Positions 27,182 through 39,099 of a stretch of 64,000 nt of DNA are shown piece by piece. Every line of letters begins with the position of its first letter. Within the stretch, counting starts at the first letter, position 1. Where the stretch lies: assembly GCA_040235475.1 (NCBI GenBank), contig JBECKY010000057.1, forward strand, positions 2,257 through 66,256. Reading direction: 5' to 3'. The translations under genes and the position numbers were made by a program. The stretch comes from Pseudomonadales bacterium. GTDB taxonomy: Bacteria; Pseudomonadota; Gammaproteobacteria; Pseudomonadales; UBA3067. The notes under the pieces were generated by a model, which did not search any database, was not told the DNA's origin, and saw nothing but the letters and a program-made list of their open reading frames with translations.

Positions 27182-27889
27182 CTAAGCGATAGCATCCATT
27201 TTGCTGTGTATCCACTTTTCGGCGTCTTTATTAACATCCTGGGCACGACGTCCCGTCGTTTCGATCAGTTCACCGAAAACGAAGGTGATGGTGCCTGGGC
27301 GTTTAATCAACTTTTTACCCGGACAGTAGCGCCCTGCATTATGCGCTACGGGCAACACGGGTACGCCGGATTTTACTGCAAGCATGGCGCCTCCCCCACT
27401 AAAACCGGCTCGTTCTTCAGGTTTTCTCCTGGTGCCTTCTGGGTAGATAACCACCCAAAACCCGTCATTTAAACGCTTGCTGCCTTCTGTCAGCAGCTGC
27501 TTGAGTGCGGCAGATTTTTGTGAGCGGTCAATAGCAATGGGGTTTAGTAATTTAAGGCTCCAGCCGAAAAAAGGAATTTTAAGCAATTCCTTTTTAAGTA
27601 CTGTTGCTTGCGGTTGAAACTTCATTTGTAAAAAAATAGTCTCAAAATCACTTTGGTGATTGCTTAAAATTAAAACGTTCTTGGCTGGAATATTTTCTTC
27701 ACCAATAATTTTATAATCCACGCCGCAAATAAGTTTTATGGCTTTCAGATAAATTGTATTCCAAAAGACAATTAATCGGCAGGCCCGCTCGAAAGATAAG
27801 AACGGTGTAACTGACACAATGAGCAACCAGTGAAAAATTGTAAAAATAACAATAAAGAGATGAAAAAATAAAGATCTTAAAATTACCAT
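27182..27889 (-). CDS. plsC: 1-acyl-sn-glycerol-3-phosphate (lysophospholipid) acyltransferase, PlsC family
   Basis: NHQS motif, IDR, YPEGTR. Confidence 0.88.
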   Translation of the reverse strand: MVILRSLFFHLFIVIFTIFHWLLIVSVTPFLSFERACRLIVFWNTIYLKAIKLICGVDYKIIGEENIPAKNVLILSNHQSDFETIFLQMKFQPQATVLKKELLKIPFFGWSLKLLNPIAIDRSQKSAALKQLLTEGSKRLNDGFWVVIYPEGTRRKPEERAGFSGGGAMLAVKSGVPVLPVAHNAGRYCPGKKLIKRPGTITFVFGELIETTGRRAQDVNKDAEKWIHSKMDAIA

Positions 27890-27956
27890 TTTTATTATGC
27901 TTTAATTATGAAATACAGGGCTTGAGTTTACACCGTAATCATTAAAGAAAAAATGT

Positions 27957-28508
27957 CTATGGTTCACCAAGAATGTCCGTGACAGCCTCAAACAAATTTT
28001 CATAAACTGGAACATCCATCAAATCATAATCGTTTTCGAGCAGTGTTTTATGGCCTTTACCGGTTAAAACCAGCACTGGTTTGCAACCAACGGTTCTGGC
28101 CGCTTTTATATCGCTCATTGAGTCGCCGATAAAATAACTGCCGTCAAGCCGATGGTTATCAAGATTTCTACTGATTCGATGCAATAAGCCTGGGCGTGGT
28201 TTACGGCATTCACAAGCGTCATCGGGAAGGTGAGGGCAGTACACAATGTCTGAAATTTTGCCACCGGCGGCCTCTATTTTGTGGTGCATTTTTTTATGTA
28301 TTTTGTTTAGCTCGGCCTCATCCAAATAACCACGGGCAATGCCTGATTGATTAGTGGCCACTGCCACATAAAAACCTGCCTGGTATAATTTGCTTATGGC
28401 TTCATCGCTGCCGGGAATAATTTTCCATTCGGACTCCTTTTTAATATAGTCCTCAGAATCATAATTAATTACGCCGTCTCTATCCAGAATGATTAATTTT
28501 GAGTACAT
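27957..28508 (-). CDS. gmhB: D-glycero-D-manno-heptose 1,7-bisphosphate phosphatase
   Basis: LDRDGVIN, TNQSGI, CPHxxxxxCxCRKP. Confidence 0.95.
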   Translation of the reverse strand: MYSKLIILDRDGVINYDSEDYIKKESEWKIIPGSDEAISKLYQAGFYVAVATNQSGIARGYLDEAELNKIHKKMHHKIEAAGGKISDIVYCPHLPDDACECRKPRPGLLHRISRNLDNHRLDGSYFIGDSMSDIKAARTVGCKPVLVLTGKGHKTLLENDYDLMDVPVYENLFEAVTDILGEP

Positions 28509-28552
28509 TGTAATTTTCTACTTTATTTTAGAGCGCTGAAGAAAAACTAAGC

Positions 28553-30646
28553 TTATAATTCCAATACAGAGATATCGGCAATATTAAGAAACAGACCGTA
28601 TAGTTTCGCTAATAAATTTAAACGATTTTTCCTCAGGGCCGCATCATCGTCCATTACCATTACTTCATCAAAAAAAGTATCCACCGCTGAGCGCAAGCTT
28701 GAGAGCTCAGTAAGCGCTTCGGTATAAAGCCCTTTTTCAACCAGGACGGAAAGTTTTTTGGACAGTTTTTGCATTTGTTGGGCAAGGGTGATTTCGGCAT
28801 CATTGTGCAATAAATCAAGAATAACGCTGGGCTTATCGCTTGATACATTGTCTTGTTTAGCCAGAATGTTTTTAACGCGCTTATTGGCGGCGCAAAGCGC
28901 TTCAGCTTCGGGCAGTTGACTGAAGTGATGAACGGCCTGAACCCGGCGATGAAAATCAAGCGGGCGAGAAGGATTGCGATTTTCTACGGCAATAATAATA
29001 TGGGTTGGGATACCTTGATCTTGGTAGAATGCGCGGTAACGACCCTGGATAAATTGCAGAGCATCGTCCTGGGTAGTTGGATTCGATATTTTCCCACCGT
29101 ATTGCTGAACACAGTTATCAATCAGCTCAGCCAGATCCAGCGGAAATTGCTTTTCAATGATAATCCTTAACACGCCCAGGCTGGCGCGTCTAAGGCCAAA
29201 AGGGTCTTTGTCGCCACTGGGTGATTGGCCAATACCAAAGATACCGACAATGGTGTCGAGACGGTCGGCGATGGCCAGGGCGCAGCCGCTTAGTGATTCT
29301 GGTAGTTTGTCGCCGGAAAACCGTGGCCAGTATTGTTCTTCCAGGGCTTGAGCAACTTCTGCGGCTTCCTGGTCATGCTCGGCGTAGTATCTGCCCATAA
29401 TGCCTTGTAGATCAGGAAACTCGCCCACCATTTCGGTGTTCAGGTCGGCCTTTGAAAGCAAACCTGCGCGTTGCGCAAATTCCTTGTTGCCATTTATTTG
29501 TATGCTGATAATTCTCGCCAGGTTGCTGATACGCAGGGCTTTTTCATACAAGCTGCCCAGTTGTGCCTGAAAAATAACTTTTTCAAGGTGCTGATTGCGG
29601 CTTTGTAAAGATTGTTTTTTGTCGGTTTCAAAAAAGAATTTGGCATCGGCCAGTCTGGGGCGGATTACTTTTTCATTTCCAGCAACAATTTTTTGTGGTT
29701 CTACGCTGTCTATATTGGCAATGGTGATAAAGTGGGGCAGCAGTTTGCCTTGATCATCAACCACGGGAAAATATTTTTGATGTTCCTGCATTGAGGAAAT
29801 CAGTGCTTCCTGGGGGACTGATAAAAACCCTGGGTCAAAATTACCTATTAAAGCTCTTGGCCATTCAACCAGGCCGGTGACTTCATTAAGCAGGTTTTGA
29901 TCAATATGAACCGAACCCTGGGTTTTTTTAACCACTGCCTCGGCCTGTTCCTTGATCATTGCTTTTCGTTTTGAAAAATCTGCAACCACGTAAGCGTGTT
30001 TAAAAAGCGTTTGTTCGTAGACTTCTGCTTTGGCAATCTCCAAGTCTTTGGGTTTGTGGAAACGATGACCGCGAGTTTTGCGGTTGGCCCTTAAACCCAA
30101 TAGTTCGCATTCGACAATTTCAGTGCCATAGAGAAACAGCAGCCAGTGAACGGGGCGAACAAAAGGTGTTTTACGGTTACCCCAATTCATGCGTTTGGCT
30201 ATAGGTAGTTGGTGTATGGCTGCGGCGGCAATAGCAGGCAAGATTTCGCTGCAATGTTTGCCCTTTTGGGCGTTACGAAACACCAGCCAGGTACCTTTGT
30301 CTGTTTCAATGCGTTCAAGGTCTTCGATAGCAACATTGTTGGATTTGGCAAAACCCAGAGCCGCTTTAGTCGGCTTGCCTTCGGCATCAAATGCTGCATT
30401 GAGCGCGGGGCCTTTGCGCTCTATCATTTGATCTGTTTGTGTTGATGCCAGGTTTTCAACAAATACAGCCAGGCGCCTGGGGGTGGCAAAAACTTTATAA
30501 GCACTAAGACTCAAGCCTGCATCCTGCAGGCCTTTGGTAAACAGTCGGGCGAAGTTTTCAGCAAGCTGGAGTAAATTTTTTGGTGGTAATTCCTCACAGC
30601 CGAGTTCAAATAATAAATGATCTGTGGTTATATTTTTTGTTGTCAT
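28553..30646 (-). CDS. glyS: Glycine-tRNA ligase beta subunit
   Basis: [29 protein letters not shown]. Confidence 0.98.
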   Translation of the reverse strand: MTTKNITTDHLLFELGCEELPPKNLLQLAENFARLFTKGLQDAGLSLSAYKVFATPRRLAVFVENLASTQTDQMIERKGPALNAAFDAEGKPTKAALGFAKSNNVAIEDLERIETDKGTWLVFRNAQKGKHCSEILPAIAAAAIHQLPIAKRMNWGNRKTPFVRPVHWLLFLYGTEIVECELLGLRANRKTRGHRFHKPKDLEIAKAEVYEQTLFKHAYVVADFSKRKAMIKEQAEAVVKKTQGSVHIDQNLLNEVTGLVEWPRALIGNFDPGFLSVPQEALISSMQEHQKYFPVVDDQGKLLPHFITIANIDSVEPQKIVAGNEKVIRPRLADAKFFFETDKKQSLQSRNQHLEKVIFQAQLGSLYEKALRISNLARIISIQINGNKEFAQRAGLLSKADLNTEMVGEFPDLQGIMGRYYAEHDQEAAEVAQALEEQYWPRFSGDKLPESLSGCALAIADRLDTIVGIFGIGQSPSGDKDPFGLRRASLGVLRIIIEKQFPLDLAELIDNCVQQYGGKISNPTTQDDALQFIQGRYRAFYQDQGIPTHIIIAVENRNPSRPLDFHRRVQAVHHFSQLPEAEALCAANKRVKNILAKQDNVSSDKPSVILDLLHNDAEITLAQQMQKLSKKLSVLVEKGLYTEALTELSSLRSAVDTFFDEVMVMDDDAALRKNRLNLLAKLYGLFLNIADISVLEL

Positions 30647-31608
30647 GATTTTGCCTCGGCAGCTGCCAAAGCAGCGAGTACTTCCGCTCTAATATTTTCA
30701 TCAGCCAAAGGAAAACCGAGTTTATACCTGGATTGAAAATAAGCTTTAGCCACGGCTTTTGCCAAGGTTCGAACTCTTAGTATATAGCGTTGCCGCTCGG
30801 TAACAGAAATGGCTCGGCGAGCATCCAGCAAATTAAAAGCATGGGATGCCTTTAAGACAAACTCGTAGGCGGGTAAAGGCAGGCTCTTATCGATAAGCTT
30901 TTTACTTTCTGCCTCACACATATCAAAGTGTTTAAAAAGTTCATTAACATTGGCAAGTTCAAAGTTATAAGTAGACATTTCCACTTCGTTTTGATGGTAA
31001 ACATCGCCGTAGGTGACGATACTATCGGGATTGGGGCCTTCGGTCCATACCAGGTCGAAAATGCTGTCTTTGCCTTGTAAGTACATCGCAATACGCTCAA
31101 GGCCATAGGTTATTTCACCGGTAACGGGGTAGCAATCAATGCCACCAACCTGTTGGAAATAGGTGAATTGTGTTACTTCCATACCGTTTAACCAAACTTC
31201 CCAGCCGAGGCCCCAGGCTCCGAGGGTGGGTGATTCCCAGTTATCTTCAACAAAACGGATATCATGAACCAGGGGGTCTATACCTAAGTGGCGCAGGGAC
31301 TCAAGGTATAAGGCCTGAATATCATCCGGCGAAGGTTTAATAACAACCTGAAACTGGTAGTAGTGCTGCAAGCGGTTGGGGTTTTCGCCGTAGCGGCCAT
31401 CGGTGGGTCGCCGGCAAGGCTGTACATAGGCGGATGCCCATTTTTCAGGGCCAATTGCGCGTAGAAAAGTAGCCGGGTGAAATGTGCCCGCACCCACCTC
31501 CATATCCAGTGGCTGAGTAATGACACAGCCCTGCTCAGCCCAGAATTGTTGCAGGGACAAGATCAGCCCCTGAAAAGTACTTGCACTTGTTTGACTTGCT
31601 TTGTTCAT
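30643..31608 (-). CDS. glyQ: Glycine-tRNA ligase alpha subunit
   Basis: [29 protein letters not shown]; start moved to ATG 31608; 4-nt overlap with glyS. Confidence 0.97.
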   Translation of the reverse strand: MNKASQTSASTFQGLILSLQQFWAEQGCVITQPLDMEVGAGTFHPATFLRAIGPEKWASAYVQPCRRPTDGRYGENPNRLQHYYQFQVVIKPSPDDIQALYLESLRHLGIDPLVHDIRFVEDNWESPTLGAWGLGWEVWLNGMEVTQFTYFQQVGGIDCYPVTGEITYGLERIAMYLQGKDSIFDLVWTEGPNPDSIVTYGDVYHQNEVEMSTYNFELANVNELFKHFDMCEAESKKLIDKSLPLPAYEFVLKASHAFNLLDARRAISVTERQRYILRVRTLAKAVAKAYFQSRYKLGFPLADENIRAEVLAALAAAEAKS

Positions 31609-31737
31609 GGATGGAATGGCGCCAAATAAAGAATGTCTTATAGGATAATTGAGACTGATTAGTATACCTGAAGATTTTAATAAACCCCATGAACTGGGTC
31701 GAACCAAGGAGCCTGAGGGCTTTTATGGCAGCTAAAA

Positions 31738-33189
31738 CTAGTGCCGCCAAAACATCGGGTTGATTAATACCAGCAAAGTGAAAATTTCCAATCGCCCCAG
31801 GAGCATGGCGAAACACAGGATCCATTTGGCGCCGTTGCTGATATCGCCGTAATGATCTTTTACCGAGCCAATACCAGGGCCGAGATTATTTAGACAGGCG
31901 GCAACTGCCGAGAAGCTGGTTTCAAAATCCAAACCGGTGGTATTTATACCCAGCATCAGCAGAATAAAAAGGAACAGGTAGACACCTAAAAATCCCCACA
32001 CGGCCTCAATGACGCGGTCAGGCACGGGTTTGTTGCCAATTTTCAACAATATGATGGCACTGGGATGCAGCAGCCTTTTTATTTCACGAAGCCCTTGTTT
32101 GTATAACAACAGTACGCGAATGACTTTTATTCCGCCACCGGTTGATCCCGCACAGCCACCCATAAAGCTTCCTACGAGCAAAAGAACAGGCAGCAGGCTT
32201 GGCCAGCTGGAGAAATCGGCAACCGAATAACCGGTGGTGGTGGTGATGGATATGGCTTCAAATAAACCATAGCGAATACCCTCTGCCCAGCTTTCATAGG
32301 TTCCGCTAAGAATCAGATAGGTGCAGGTGATTAAGCAGATACTGATCAGGACAAAGAAAAAGGTTTGAACTTCGGGGTCGCTGAAATAAAGCTTGATGTT
32401 CTTGCTGCGCCAGGCATAAAAATGCAAACCAAAATTGAGCACTGAAACCAGCATAAAAATAGCGGTTATAATTTCAACCCCAAGACTGTCGAAGTAGGCA
32501 ATGTTGGTGTCGTGGGTTGAAAACCCGCCAATGGCGATGGTAGTGAAGCTGTGGCTGATGGCATCAAAAAGGCTCATGCCTACCAGCCAATAACCCAGTG
32601 CGCAGGTAATGGTTAAAAATAAATAAATATACCAAAGAGCTTTGGCGGTTTCGGTGATGCGGGGAGTTAGTTTAGAGTCTTTGATTGAACCGGGAGTTTC
32701 AGCACGATAAAGCTGCATGCCACCAATGCCAAGCATAGGTAATACGGCTACTGCCAGGACAACAATGCCCATACCACCAAGCCACTGGAGTTGTTGGCGA
32801 TAAAACAGGATGGATTTGGGTAATTCATCAATGCCGGTCAGGATGGTTGCGCCGGTGGTGGTCAATCCCGACATGGATTCAAAAAATGCATCGGTAAAAT
32901 TCATTACTGGGTATTTAAAAATTAAAAAGGGTAGGGATCCAAACAGCGCCAGTACACTCCAGAATAATACCACCACTAAAAAACCGTCACGGGTATGCAG
33001 CTCTTTGTCTTTGTGCTGTACGGGGAACCAGCACAACATGCCGCTGATCAGGGTGACAGAGAAAGACCAGAGAAACACTGAGTCACCAGCATCATCGTAT
33101 ATAATGGCAACAAGAAAGGGTGGCACCATGGTAAAGCTGAATAACATCAGCAAGACGCCTACCACCTTTAAAACCACACTGAGGTGCAT
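31738..33189 (-). CDS. trkH: Trk potassium uptake membrane protein
   Basis: Pore motifs SGLTTTGAT, IGGFS, TTTGY, NNLGPG; GRLEIF. Confidence 0.96.
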   Translation of the reverse strand: MHLSVVLKVVGVLLMLFSFTMVPPFLVAIIYDDAGDSVFLWSFSVTLISGMLCWFPVQHKDKELHTRDGFLVVVLFWSVLALFGSLPFLIFKYPVMNFTDAFFESMSGLTTTGATILTGIDELPKSILFYRQQLQWLGGMGIVVLAVAVLPMLGIGGMQLYRAETPGSIKDSKLTPRITETAKALWYIYLFLTITCALGYWLVGMSLFDAISHSFTTIAIGGFSTHDTNIAYFDSLGVEIITAIFMLVSVLNFGLHFYAWRSKNIKLYFSDPEVQTFFFVLISICLITCTYLILSGTYESWAEGIRYGLFEAISITTTTGYSVADFSSWPSLLPVLLLVGSFMGGCAGSTGGGIKVIRVLLLYKQGLREIKRLLHPSAIILLKIGNKPVPDRVIEAVWGFLGVYLFLFILLMLGINTTGLDFETSFSAVAACLNNLGPGIGSVKDHYGDISNGAKWILCFAMLLGRLEIFTLLVLINPMFWRH

Positions 33190-33209
33190 AACCTATCCTG
33201 ACGAGTATC

Positions 33210-34586
33210 TTAGAAAAACCCTAAACCAACCTGAAATAAACGCTCAACATCCCTAATTCTTCGTTTATCTACCACAAATAAAATCACATGGTCATTGGGC
33301 TCAACAACGATACTGTCGTGGGCAATCATCACTTGATCATTTCTAACGATGGCCCCGATGGTGGCGCCTTCCGGTAAATCAATATCACCAATGGCCCGGC
33401 CAACGACTCGGGATGAGCTTTGGTCTCCGTGGGCAATGGCCTCAATGGCTTCGGCGGCACCGCGGCGTAGTGAATGCACATTGACTATGTCTCCGCGTCG
33501 AACGTGAGTGAGCAGGCTGCCAATAGTAACCTGCTGGGGTGATATAGCGATGTCAATTTCACCACCTTGTACTAGATCCACGTAGGCAGGGTTGTTAATC
33601 AGGGCCATGACCTTGCGGGCACCCAAACGTTTTGCCAGCATGGAAGACATAATGTTAGCTTCATCATCGTTGGTTAAGGCAAGAAATACATCGGTTTCCT
33701 CAATATTTTCTTCCAGCAATAAATCCTGGTCTGAGGCGGAGCCTTGTAAAACAATGGTGCGGTTTAGAATTTCAGACAATTGGTAGCAACGAGTGGCGTT
33801 GCGCTCAATCAGTTTCACGCTATAACGGGTTTCTGTGGCTTCGGCCAGGCGCTCACCAATGTTGCCGCCACCGGCAATGATGATGCGGTTGTAGCTTTTT
33901 TCCAGGCGCTGCAATTCGCTCATCACCGCACGGATATGATTTTTGGCGGCAATAAAAAACACTTCATCACCCACTTCAATGGTGGTGGAGCCTTCCGGTA
34001 TAATCGGGCGATCGCGCCTGAAGATGGCCGCCACGCGGGTTTCAATGTTGGGCATGTGCTGATGCAAAAAACGTAACTCCTGACCAACCAAAGGGCCACC
34101 GTGATAGGCTTTAACCGCAACCAGTTGTAATTTGCCATCGGCAAAGTCCAGTACCTGAAGTGTGCCCGGGTTTTCAAGCAAGCGTTTAATATGATTGGTA
34201 ACCACTTGTTCGGGGCTGATAATAACGTCTATAGGAATAGCGTTGTTATCGAACAGGTTGTTGCGGGCCACAACGTAGTTGGTGGCTCGAACCCGGGCAA
34301 TCTTGGTGGGGGTTCGGAACAGGGTAAAAGCAATCTGGCAGGCTACCATGTTGACTTCATCGCTGTTGGTCACAGCGATAAGCATATCGGCATCGTCAGC
34401 ACCCGCCTGCCTGAGTATGTTCGGGTAAGAGCCCTTGCCTTGAATGGTACGAATATCCAGTCGGTCTTGTAATTCTCTGAGTCGGTCACCGTCAACATCA
34501 ACCACGGTTATGTCGTTTGCTTCATTAGCAAGGTTGGCAGCCAGGGTGCCGCCCACTTGCCCTGCCCCGAGAATAATGATTTTCAT
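33210..34586 (-). CDS. trkA: Trk potassium uptake NAD-binding protein
   Basis: [12 protein letters not shown] and a second RCK domain (AGGGNIG); 458 aa. Confidence 0.98.
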   Translation of the reverse strand: MKIIILGAGQVGGTLAANLANEANDITVVDVDGDRLRELQDRLDIRTIQGKGSYPNILRQAGADDADMLIAVTNSDEVNMVACQIAFTLFRTPTKIARVRATNYVVARNNLFDNNAIPIDVIISPEQVVTNHIKRLLENPGTLQVLDFADGKLQLVAVKAYHGGPLVGQELRFLHQHMPNIETRVAAIFRRDRPIIPEGSTTIEVGDEVFFIAAKNHIRAVMSELQRLEKSYNRIIIAGGGNIGERLAEATETRYSVKLIERNATRCYQLSEILNRTIVLQGSASDQDLLLEENIEETDVFLALTNDDEANIMSSMLAKRLGARKVMALINNPAYVDLVQGGEIDIAISPQQVTIGSLLTHVRRGDIVNVHSLRRGAAEAIEAIAHGDQSSSRVVGRAIGDIDLPEGATIGAIVRNDQVMIAHDSIVVEPNDHVILFVVDKRRIRDVERLFQVGLGFF

Positions 34587-34661
34587 AGAGAGTTTATGCC
34601 TTTTTTGCAGATTTTTTTATTCTGCTTATATAAGTTTATAGTAGCCGTGGTGGGCCCAGTT

Positions 34662-35999
34662 TTAAACAGGTTTTTTACGCAGGAGCGCATAATAGAAACC
34701 ATCGTGCTGATTCTCTGTTGGTAATAGCTGCCAACCACATTTGGTTTTAGTGCCTAAAGGCAGCTTTATAGGAAGTTCTTCGGCGTTACGCTGTTGATCA
34801 AGAAAGCGGGCAATAAGGTTTTCATTTTCTTCGGGCAAAACCGAACAGGTGGCATAAAGCAAAATGCCGTTTGTTTCCAGGGTTTGCCAGACGGATTGTA
34901 ATAGCGCAAGTTGCTGGTGGGCAAGCTGCTTAATGTCGTCAGCTTGACGCAGCCACTTTATGTCCGGATGGCGGCGGATAACGCCAGTGGCGGAGCAGGG
35001 CGCATCAAGCAGGATACGTTGGAAAAGCACTCCATCCCACCATTGCTCAAGGTGCTCGGCATTGGCAATTTTAATGGCGACATTTTTTTCAGCCGAGTCA
35101 AGTTTTAGCCTGCCAAGAGCGCTTGCTATTTTTGCTGCTCGCTGAGGGTGAAGATCAAGGGCCACGACTTCAGCAAGGTTTTCACAACGTTCCAGTATGT
35201 GTGCCGTTTTACCGCCTGGAGCTGCGCAGGCATCAAGAACTCTTTGGCCCGGTTTCAAATCAAGCAATGATGCGGCCCACTGCGCGGCTTCATCTTGTAC
35301 TGAAACCAGCCCGTGTTCAAAACCAGGCAATTCATTTACATTGCAGGCTTGTTCAAGGTACAACGCTTGAGGCAAAGAAGCACTGGCATAAGCCGTAAGC
35401 CCCGCCTGTTTTAATTGCTGGAGATAAACTTCAGGTGTAACTTCCCGGACATTGACCCGCAGGCACATTGGCGGATGACTGTTATTAGCGGTAAGAATGT
35501 TGCTGAGCTGCTCTGGGTGAGTTTCAGCAAGCAATTGGTAGAGCCAATGGGGGTGGGAATGTTTTATCCAGGATGGTAAATCAGGGTTTGAAACCAGCGA
35601 CTCCTGTTGCCGTTGGCATTGCCTGAGGATGGCGTTCACCAGTTTGCTAGCCCAGTTTTTTTTCAGGGCCTTGCTAGCATTAACCGTCTCAGAAATGGCT
35701 GCATGGTCTGGAATTCTTAGCTTATAGAGTTGGTAAATGCCCACTAGCAGTAAAAAATACACGTCCTGATCTTTAGCTTTCAGCGGCTTGGATAATAAGC
35801 TGTTGGCCCAGTAATCGAGCAATAAGTACCAGCGGCAAACACCGTAACACAGCTCTCTTATCAAGGCTTTTTGATTAACAGGAAAGCCTGGTTTTTGTTC
35901 TTCATCAACAATAGCATCAGTCAGTGATTGAGGGTTTTGTGTTTGCACCCCAGGTATAACCCGGGTAAGAATCATTGCGGCATGGGCTTGGGCATTCAT
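34662..35999 (-). CDS. rsmB: 16S rRNA m5C967 methyltransferase
   Basis: DACAAPGGKT, DAPCSATG, YATCS; follows fmt. Confidence 0.97.
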   Translation of the reverse strand: MNAQAHAAMILTRVIPGVQTQNPQSLTDAIVDEEQKPGFPVNQKALIRELCYGVCRWYLLLDYWANSLLSKPLKAKDQDVYFLLLVGIYQLYKLRIPDHAAISETVNASKALKKNWASKLVNAILRQCQRQQESLVSNPDLPSWIKHSHPHWLYQLLAETHPEQLSNILTANNSHPPMCLRVNVREVTPEVYLQQLKQAGLTAYASASLPQALYLEQACNVNELPGFEHGLVSVQDEAAQWAASLLDLKPGQRVLDACAAPGGKTAHILERCENLAEVVALDLHPQRAAKIASALGRLKLDSAEKNVAIKIANAEHLEQWWDGVLFQRILLDAPCSATGVIRRHPDIKWLRQADDIKQLAHQQLALLQSVWQTLETNGILLYATCSVLPEENENLIARFLDQQRNAEELPIKLPLGTKTKCGWQLLPTENQHDGFYYALLRKKPV

Positions 36000-36012
36000 T
36001 CAATGGCTTCCA

Positions 36013-37005
36013 TCAGCCCAGTACTACTCCGGGTTTAAAAAGTTCGCGTTTTGCGTTGAGCAGTTGTTCGGCATTTAAAGTTCTGGAGCCAGGTAGTTGC
36101 AAGTGGCTTAAGGTCAGCAAGCCTTTTCCGGTGGTGACTACGATGCCGTTTTTGCTGCTATCAATAATAGTGCCGGGCCTGGTTTCCTCATGAAAGGCAG
36201 AGGTATTATTTGTCTGATGGGCATTCCAGATACGCAGGATTAGCTCTTCCGAGCCAGGACTGGCCAAGGTAGTAAAAGCCACTGGCCAGGGATTAAAGGC
36301 TCTGATCGTTCGCGCAAGCTTTGCGGCATCATCGTGCCAATTAATCAAAGCTTCTTCCTTGCTGAGCTTTTTGGCATAACAGGCCTGGGCTTCATTCTGG
36401 GGCTGACCTATTACCTTGCCAGCTTTTAAATCATCCAATAGTTCGCCAAGGTGTTCGGCTCCCAGCCTGGCGAGTTTGTCATGCAGGCTGCCGCCGGTTT
36501 CATCAGGGGCGATGCTGCATTCAACTTTTTTAAGCATGGCGCCGGTGTCCAGGCCTTCATCCATTTGCATAAAGGTAATTCCGCTAAGCTCATCTCCGGC
36601 CTGAATTGCACGCTGAATTGGTGCGGCACCGCGCCAACGGGGTAGCAATGAGGCATGAATATTCACGCAGCCCAGGGGTGGAATGGATAAAACTGCTGAA
36701 GGTAATAACAGGCCGTAGGCGGCAACAATCATAATGTCGGCCTTAAGTGCCCGCAATTGCTGCTGACTGTCTTCAAGTTTAAGAGAGGTGGGTTGAAAAA
36801 CCGGGATAGCATGTTGTTCCGCCAGAATTTTGACCGGGCTGCGGTTAAGCTTTCTACCCCTGCCTGCTTTTCGGTCTGGCTGGGTGAAAACAGCGCAAAC
36901 AGTGTGTTGGCTGTTAATGAGAGCATCTAAGCTGGCGGCGGCGAAATCTGGGGTGCCGGCAAAAATGACACGAAGCCCCCTGGGCTTTGAGCTTGAGTCA
37001 GTCAC
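36013..37005 (-). CDS. fmt: Methionyl-tRNA formyltransferase
   Basis: FAGTPDFA, HASLLPRWRGAAPIQ. Confidence 0.98.
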   Translation of the reverse strand: MTDSSSKPRGLRVIFAGTPDFAAASLDALINSQHTVCAVFTQPDRKAGRGRKLNRSPVKILAEQHAIPVFQPTSLKLEDSQQQLRALKADIMIVAAYGLLLPSAVLSIPPLGCVNIHASLLPRWRGAAPIQRAIQAGDELSGITFMQMDEGLDTGAMLKKVECSIAPDETGGSLHDKLARLGAEHLGELLDDLKAGKVIGQPQNEAQACYAKKLSKEEALINWHDDAAKLARTIRAFNPWPVAFTTLASPGSEELILRIWNAHQTNNTSAFHEETRPGTIIDSSKNGIVVTTGKGLLTLSHLQLPGSRTLNAEQLLNAKRELFKPGVVLG

Positions 37006-37088
37006 AAATTATCCAAAGGCAATAAACTGGCAGTTATGGTAAGTGCGTGAAAATGGCTAATCAGCGCATATTTATGGATGGGTGCTAA

Positions 37089-37595
37089 TTATGCCTGCTG
37101 ACGATGGAGTTTTTCCAGCTTTTTGCGAATTCTCTGGCGTTTTAGTGGTGATAAGTAGTCGACAAAGAGGATGCCATTCAAATGATCAACTTCATGTTGT
37201 ATACACACGGCTAACAAACCTTCGCATTCTAACTCAAAAGGTTTTCCACTTACATCAACAGCCTTAACCAGGACTTTTTCCGGCCGAATAACATCTTCAA
37301 AAAAGTCTGGCACTGACAGACAGCCTTCCTGGTGGCTTATAGTTTCCGAAGTTATGGTAGAAATTTCCGGATTAACAAAAACCAGCGGTTGGTTTTTATC
37401 CTCGGAAACGTCAATAACCAGCAATCGCTCATGAACATTAATTTGGGTTGCGGCCAGGCCTACGCCGGGTGCTGCATACATGGTTTCAAGCATATCATCA
37501 GCCAGTTGGGCCAAATTTGCATCAAAAGTCGTGACCGGCTTCGCTTTTGTGCGAAGTCGGGGGTCTGGGAATTCTAAAATTTCTAGTAGGGCCAT
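37089..37595 (-). CDS. def: Peptide deformylase
   Basis: [22 protein letters not shown]. Confidence 0.99.
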   Translation of the reverse strand: MALLEILEFPDPRLRTKAKPVTTFDANLAQLADDMLETMYAAPGVGLAATQINVHERLLVIDVSEDKNQPLVFVNPEISTITSETISHQEGCLSVPDFFEDVIRPEKVLVKAVDVSGKPFELECEGLLAVCIQHEVDHLNGILFVDYLSPLKRQRIRKKLEKLHRQQA

Positions 37596-37809
37596 ATACG
37601 ATTGCTCTATAGTAGTATAAATTAAAAAAAATTGGAAAAAGCATCGCTAAGGTAATGATCGCATAAGCTTTATTCCTTAAATAAGCTTCTATTTTAGCTG
37701 AAATAATAAACCATTGCAGGAATACGGTGCTGGCAATTCAACTAAAGCCATAAAATTTGAGAACCTTGGATAAAAAAGGTTCCCCATTAATGATTAAGGG
37801 AATCCCTGA

Positions 37810-38880
37810 ATGAAGAAATCTTTTCTTGGCGCACTTACAATATGCTTTGCTTGCATGCTTGTGTATGCCGATGTGGTGAAGTTAAATCCAGACCATCCTG
37901 ATGTACATCATGTGGTAAAAGGTGACACCCTGTGGGACATTTCCAGCGCATTCCTGGCCGACCCTTGGCTTTGGCCGGAAATCTGGCACGTTAACCCCCA
38001 GATTGAAAACCCCCACTTAATTTATCCCGGTGATGAAATTAAACTGGTTTATCACAAAGGTGAAATGCGTAATCTACAAGGTGATGTGGTTGAGGTCGAT
38101 GGGCCAGTGTTAACCATGACCAGGGGTCAGAACGGGGTTATCAAGCTATCACCTGCGGCACGGGTATCGCCTTTATCCACTGCGGTTCCGGCAATATCAC
38201 TGGATAAGATCAAAGGGTTTTTATCTAACAACCGGGTGGTAACTAAAGCAGAATTGCAAGGCGCGCCTTATGTGATAGCGGGCAATGAACTGCATTTAAT
38301 CATGGGGCAAGGCGATAAGTTTTATGCCCGGGGTGACTGGTCTGAGCCAGCAGATGCGTATGGTATTTATCGAGAAGGCGACCCCTACATTGATCCCGAT
38401 ACCCAGGAAATACTCGGTTATAATGCTCAATCCATTGGCTTGGCCAAAATGCTCGCGACTGAGCCTGATAACGACATTTCTACCCTGCGGCTCGTGCGTC
38501 AGACCGAGGAGGTAAGGATAAAAGATCGTTTATTGGAAACACAAGAGCGTGATATAGAATCGGTTTTCTATCCCAAGGCGCCCAAAGAGGATGTCCGCGG
38601 CAAAATAATTACCGTGTTTAGCGGGGTTAAAAACGTTAGCCAGTGGGATGTGGTGGTTATTAACCGCGGTGAAAGAGAAAGTATTGAAGTGGGCGATGTT
38701 TTGGCGATTTATCGAAAAGGCGAGTTAGTGAGGGATAAAATCACTCGCGAACTGCTGGAATTGCCTGCAGAACGCGCTGGCTTAATGATGGTGTTCAGAA
38801 CCTTTGAAAAAGTCAGTTATGGACTGGTTCTAAGAGCCACCAGCTCCATGGCGGTGCTTGATGAGGTAAGAAAACCCTGA
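37810..38880 (+). CDS. Exported LysM peptidoglycan-binding protein, TsaP-like (type IV pilus secretin-associated)
   Basis: Signal peptide; LysM VVKGDTLWDIS...NPHLIYPG; def-divergent, dprA-upstream position as for Pseudomonas tsaP. Confidence 0.85.
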   Translation: MKKSFLGALTICFACMLVYADVVKLNPDHPDVHHVVKGDTLWDISSAFLADPWLWPEIWHVNPQIENPHLIYPGDEIKLVYHKGEMRNLQGDVVEVDGPVLTMTRGQNGVIKLSPAARVSPLSTAVPAISLDKIKGFLSNNRVVTKAELQGAPYVIAGNELHLIMGQGDKFYARGDWSEPADAYGIYREGDPYIDPDTQEILGYNAQSIGLAKMLATEPDNDISTLRLVRQTEEVRIKDRLLETQERDIESVFYPKAPKEDVRGKIITVFSGVKNVSQWDVVVINRGERESIEVGDVLAIYRKGELVRDKITRELLELPAERAGLMMVFRTFEKVSYGLVLRATSSMAVLDEVRKP

Positions 38881-38933
38881 CAAACCGCTAAGTTGTATTT
38901 TCGAACCCCCAAAAGATACTGTAGTATGCGCTA

Positions 38934-38978
38934 AAACCCCGGCCTTAAACCAAAGTTTCTGGTTTAAGGCCGGGGTTT
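38934..38978. repeat. Perfect 19-bp inverted repeat with a 7-nt loop
   Basis: AAACCCCGGCCTTAAACCA-aagtttc-TGGTTTAAGGCCGGGGTTT. Confidence 0.95.
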
Positions 38979-39099
38979 ATCTTGCAACTCCCAAGGTTAA
39001 AGCGACAAGGCGTGCGTCTCAAAGTATATGCGCAGACTGCAGACATTATTCCTTGTCTGTCCTCGCCTGGTGCTGCAATCGGTAATTACAGTCATTAAA

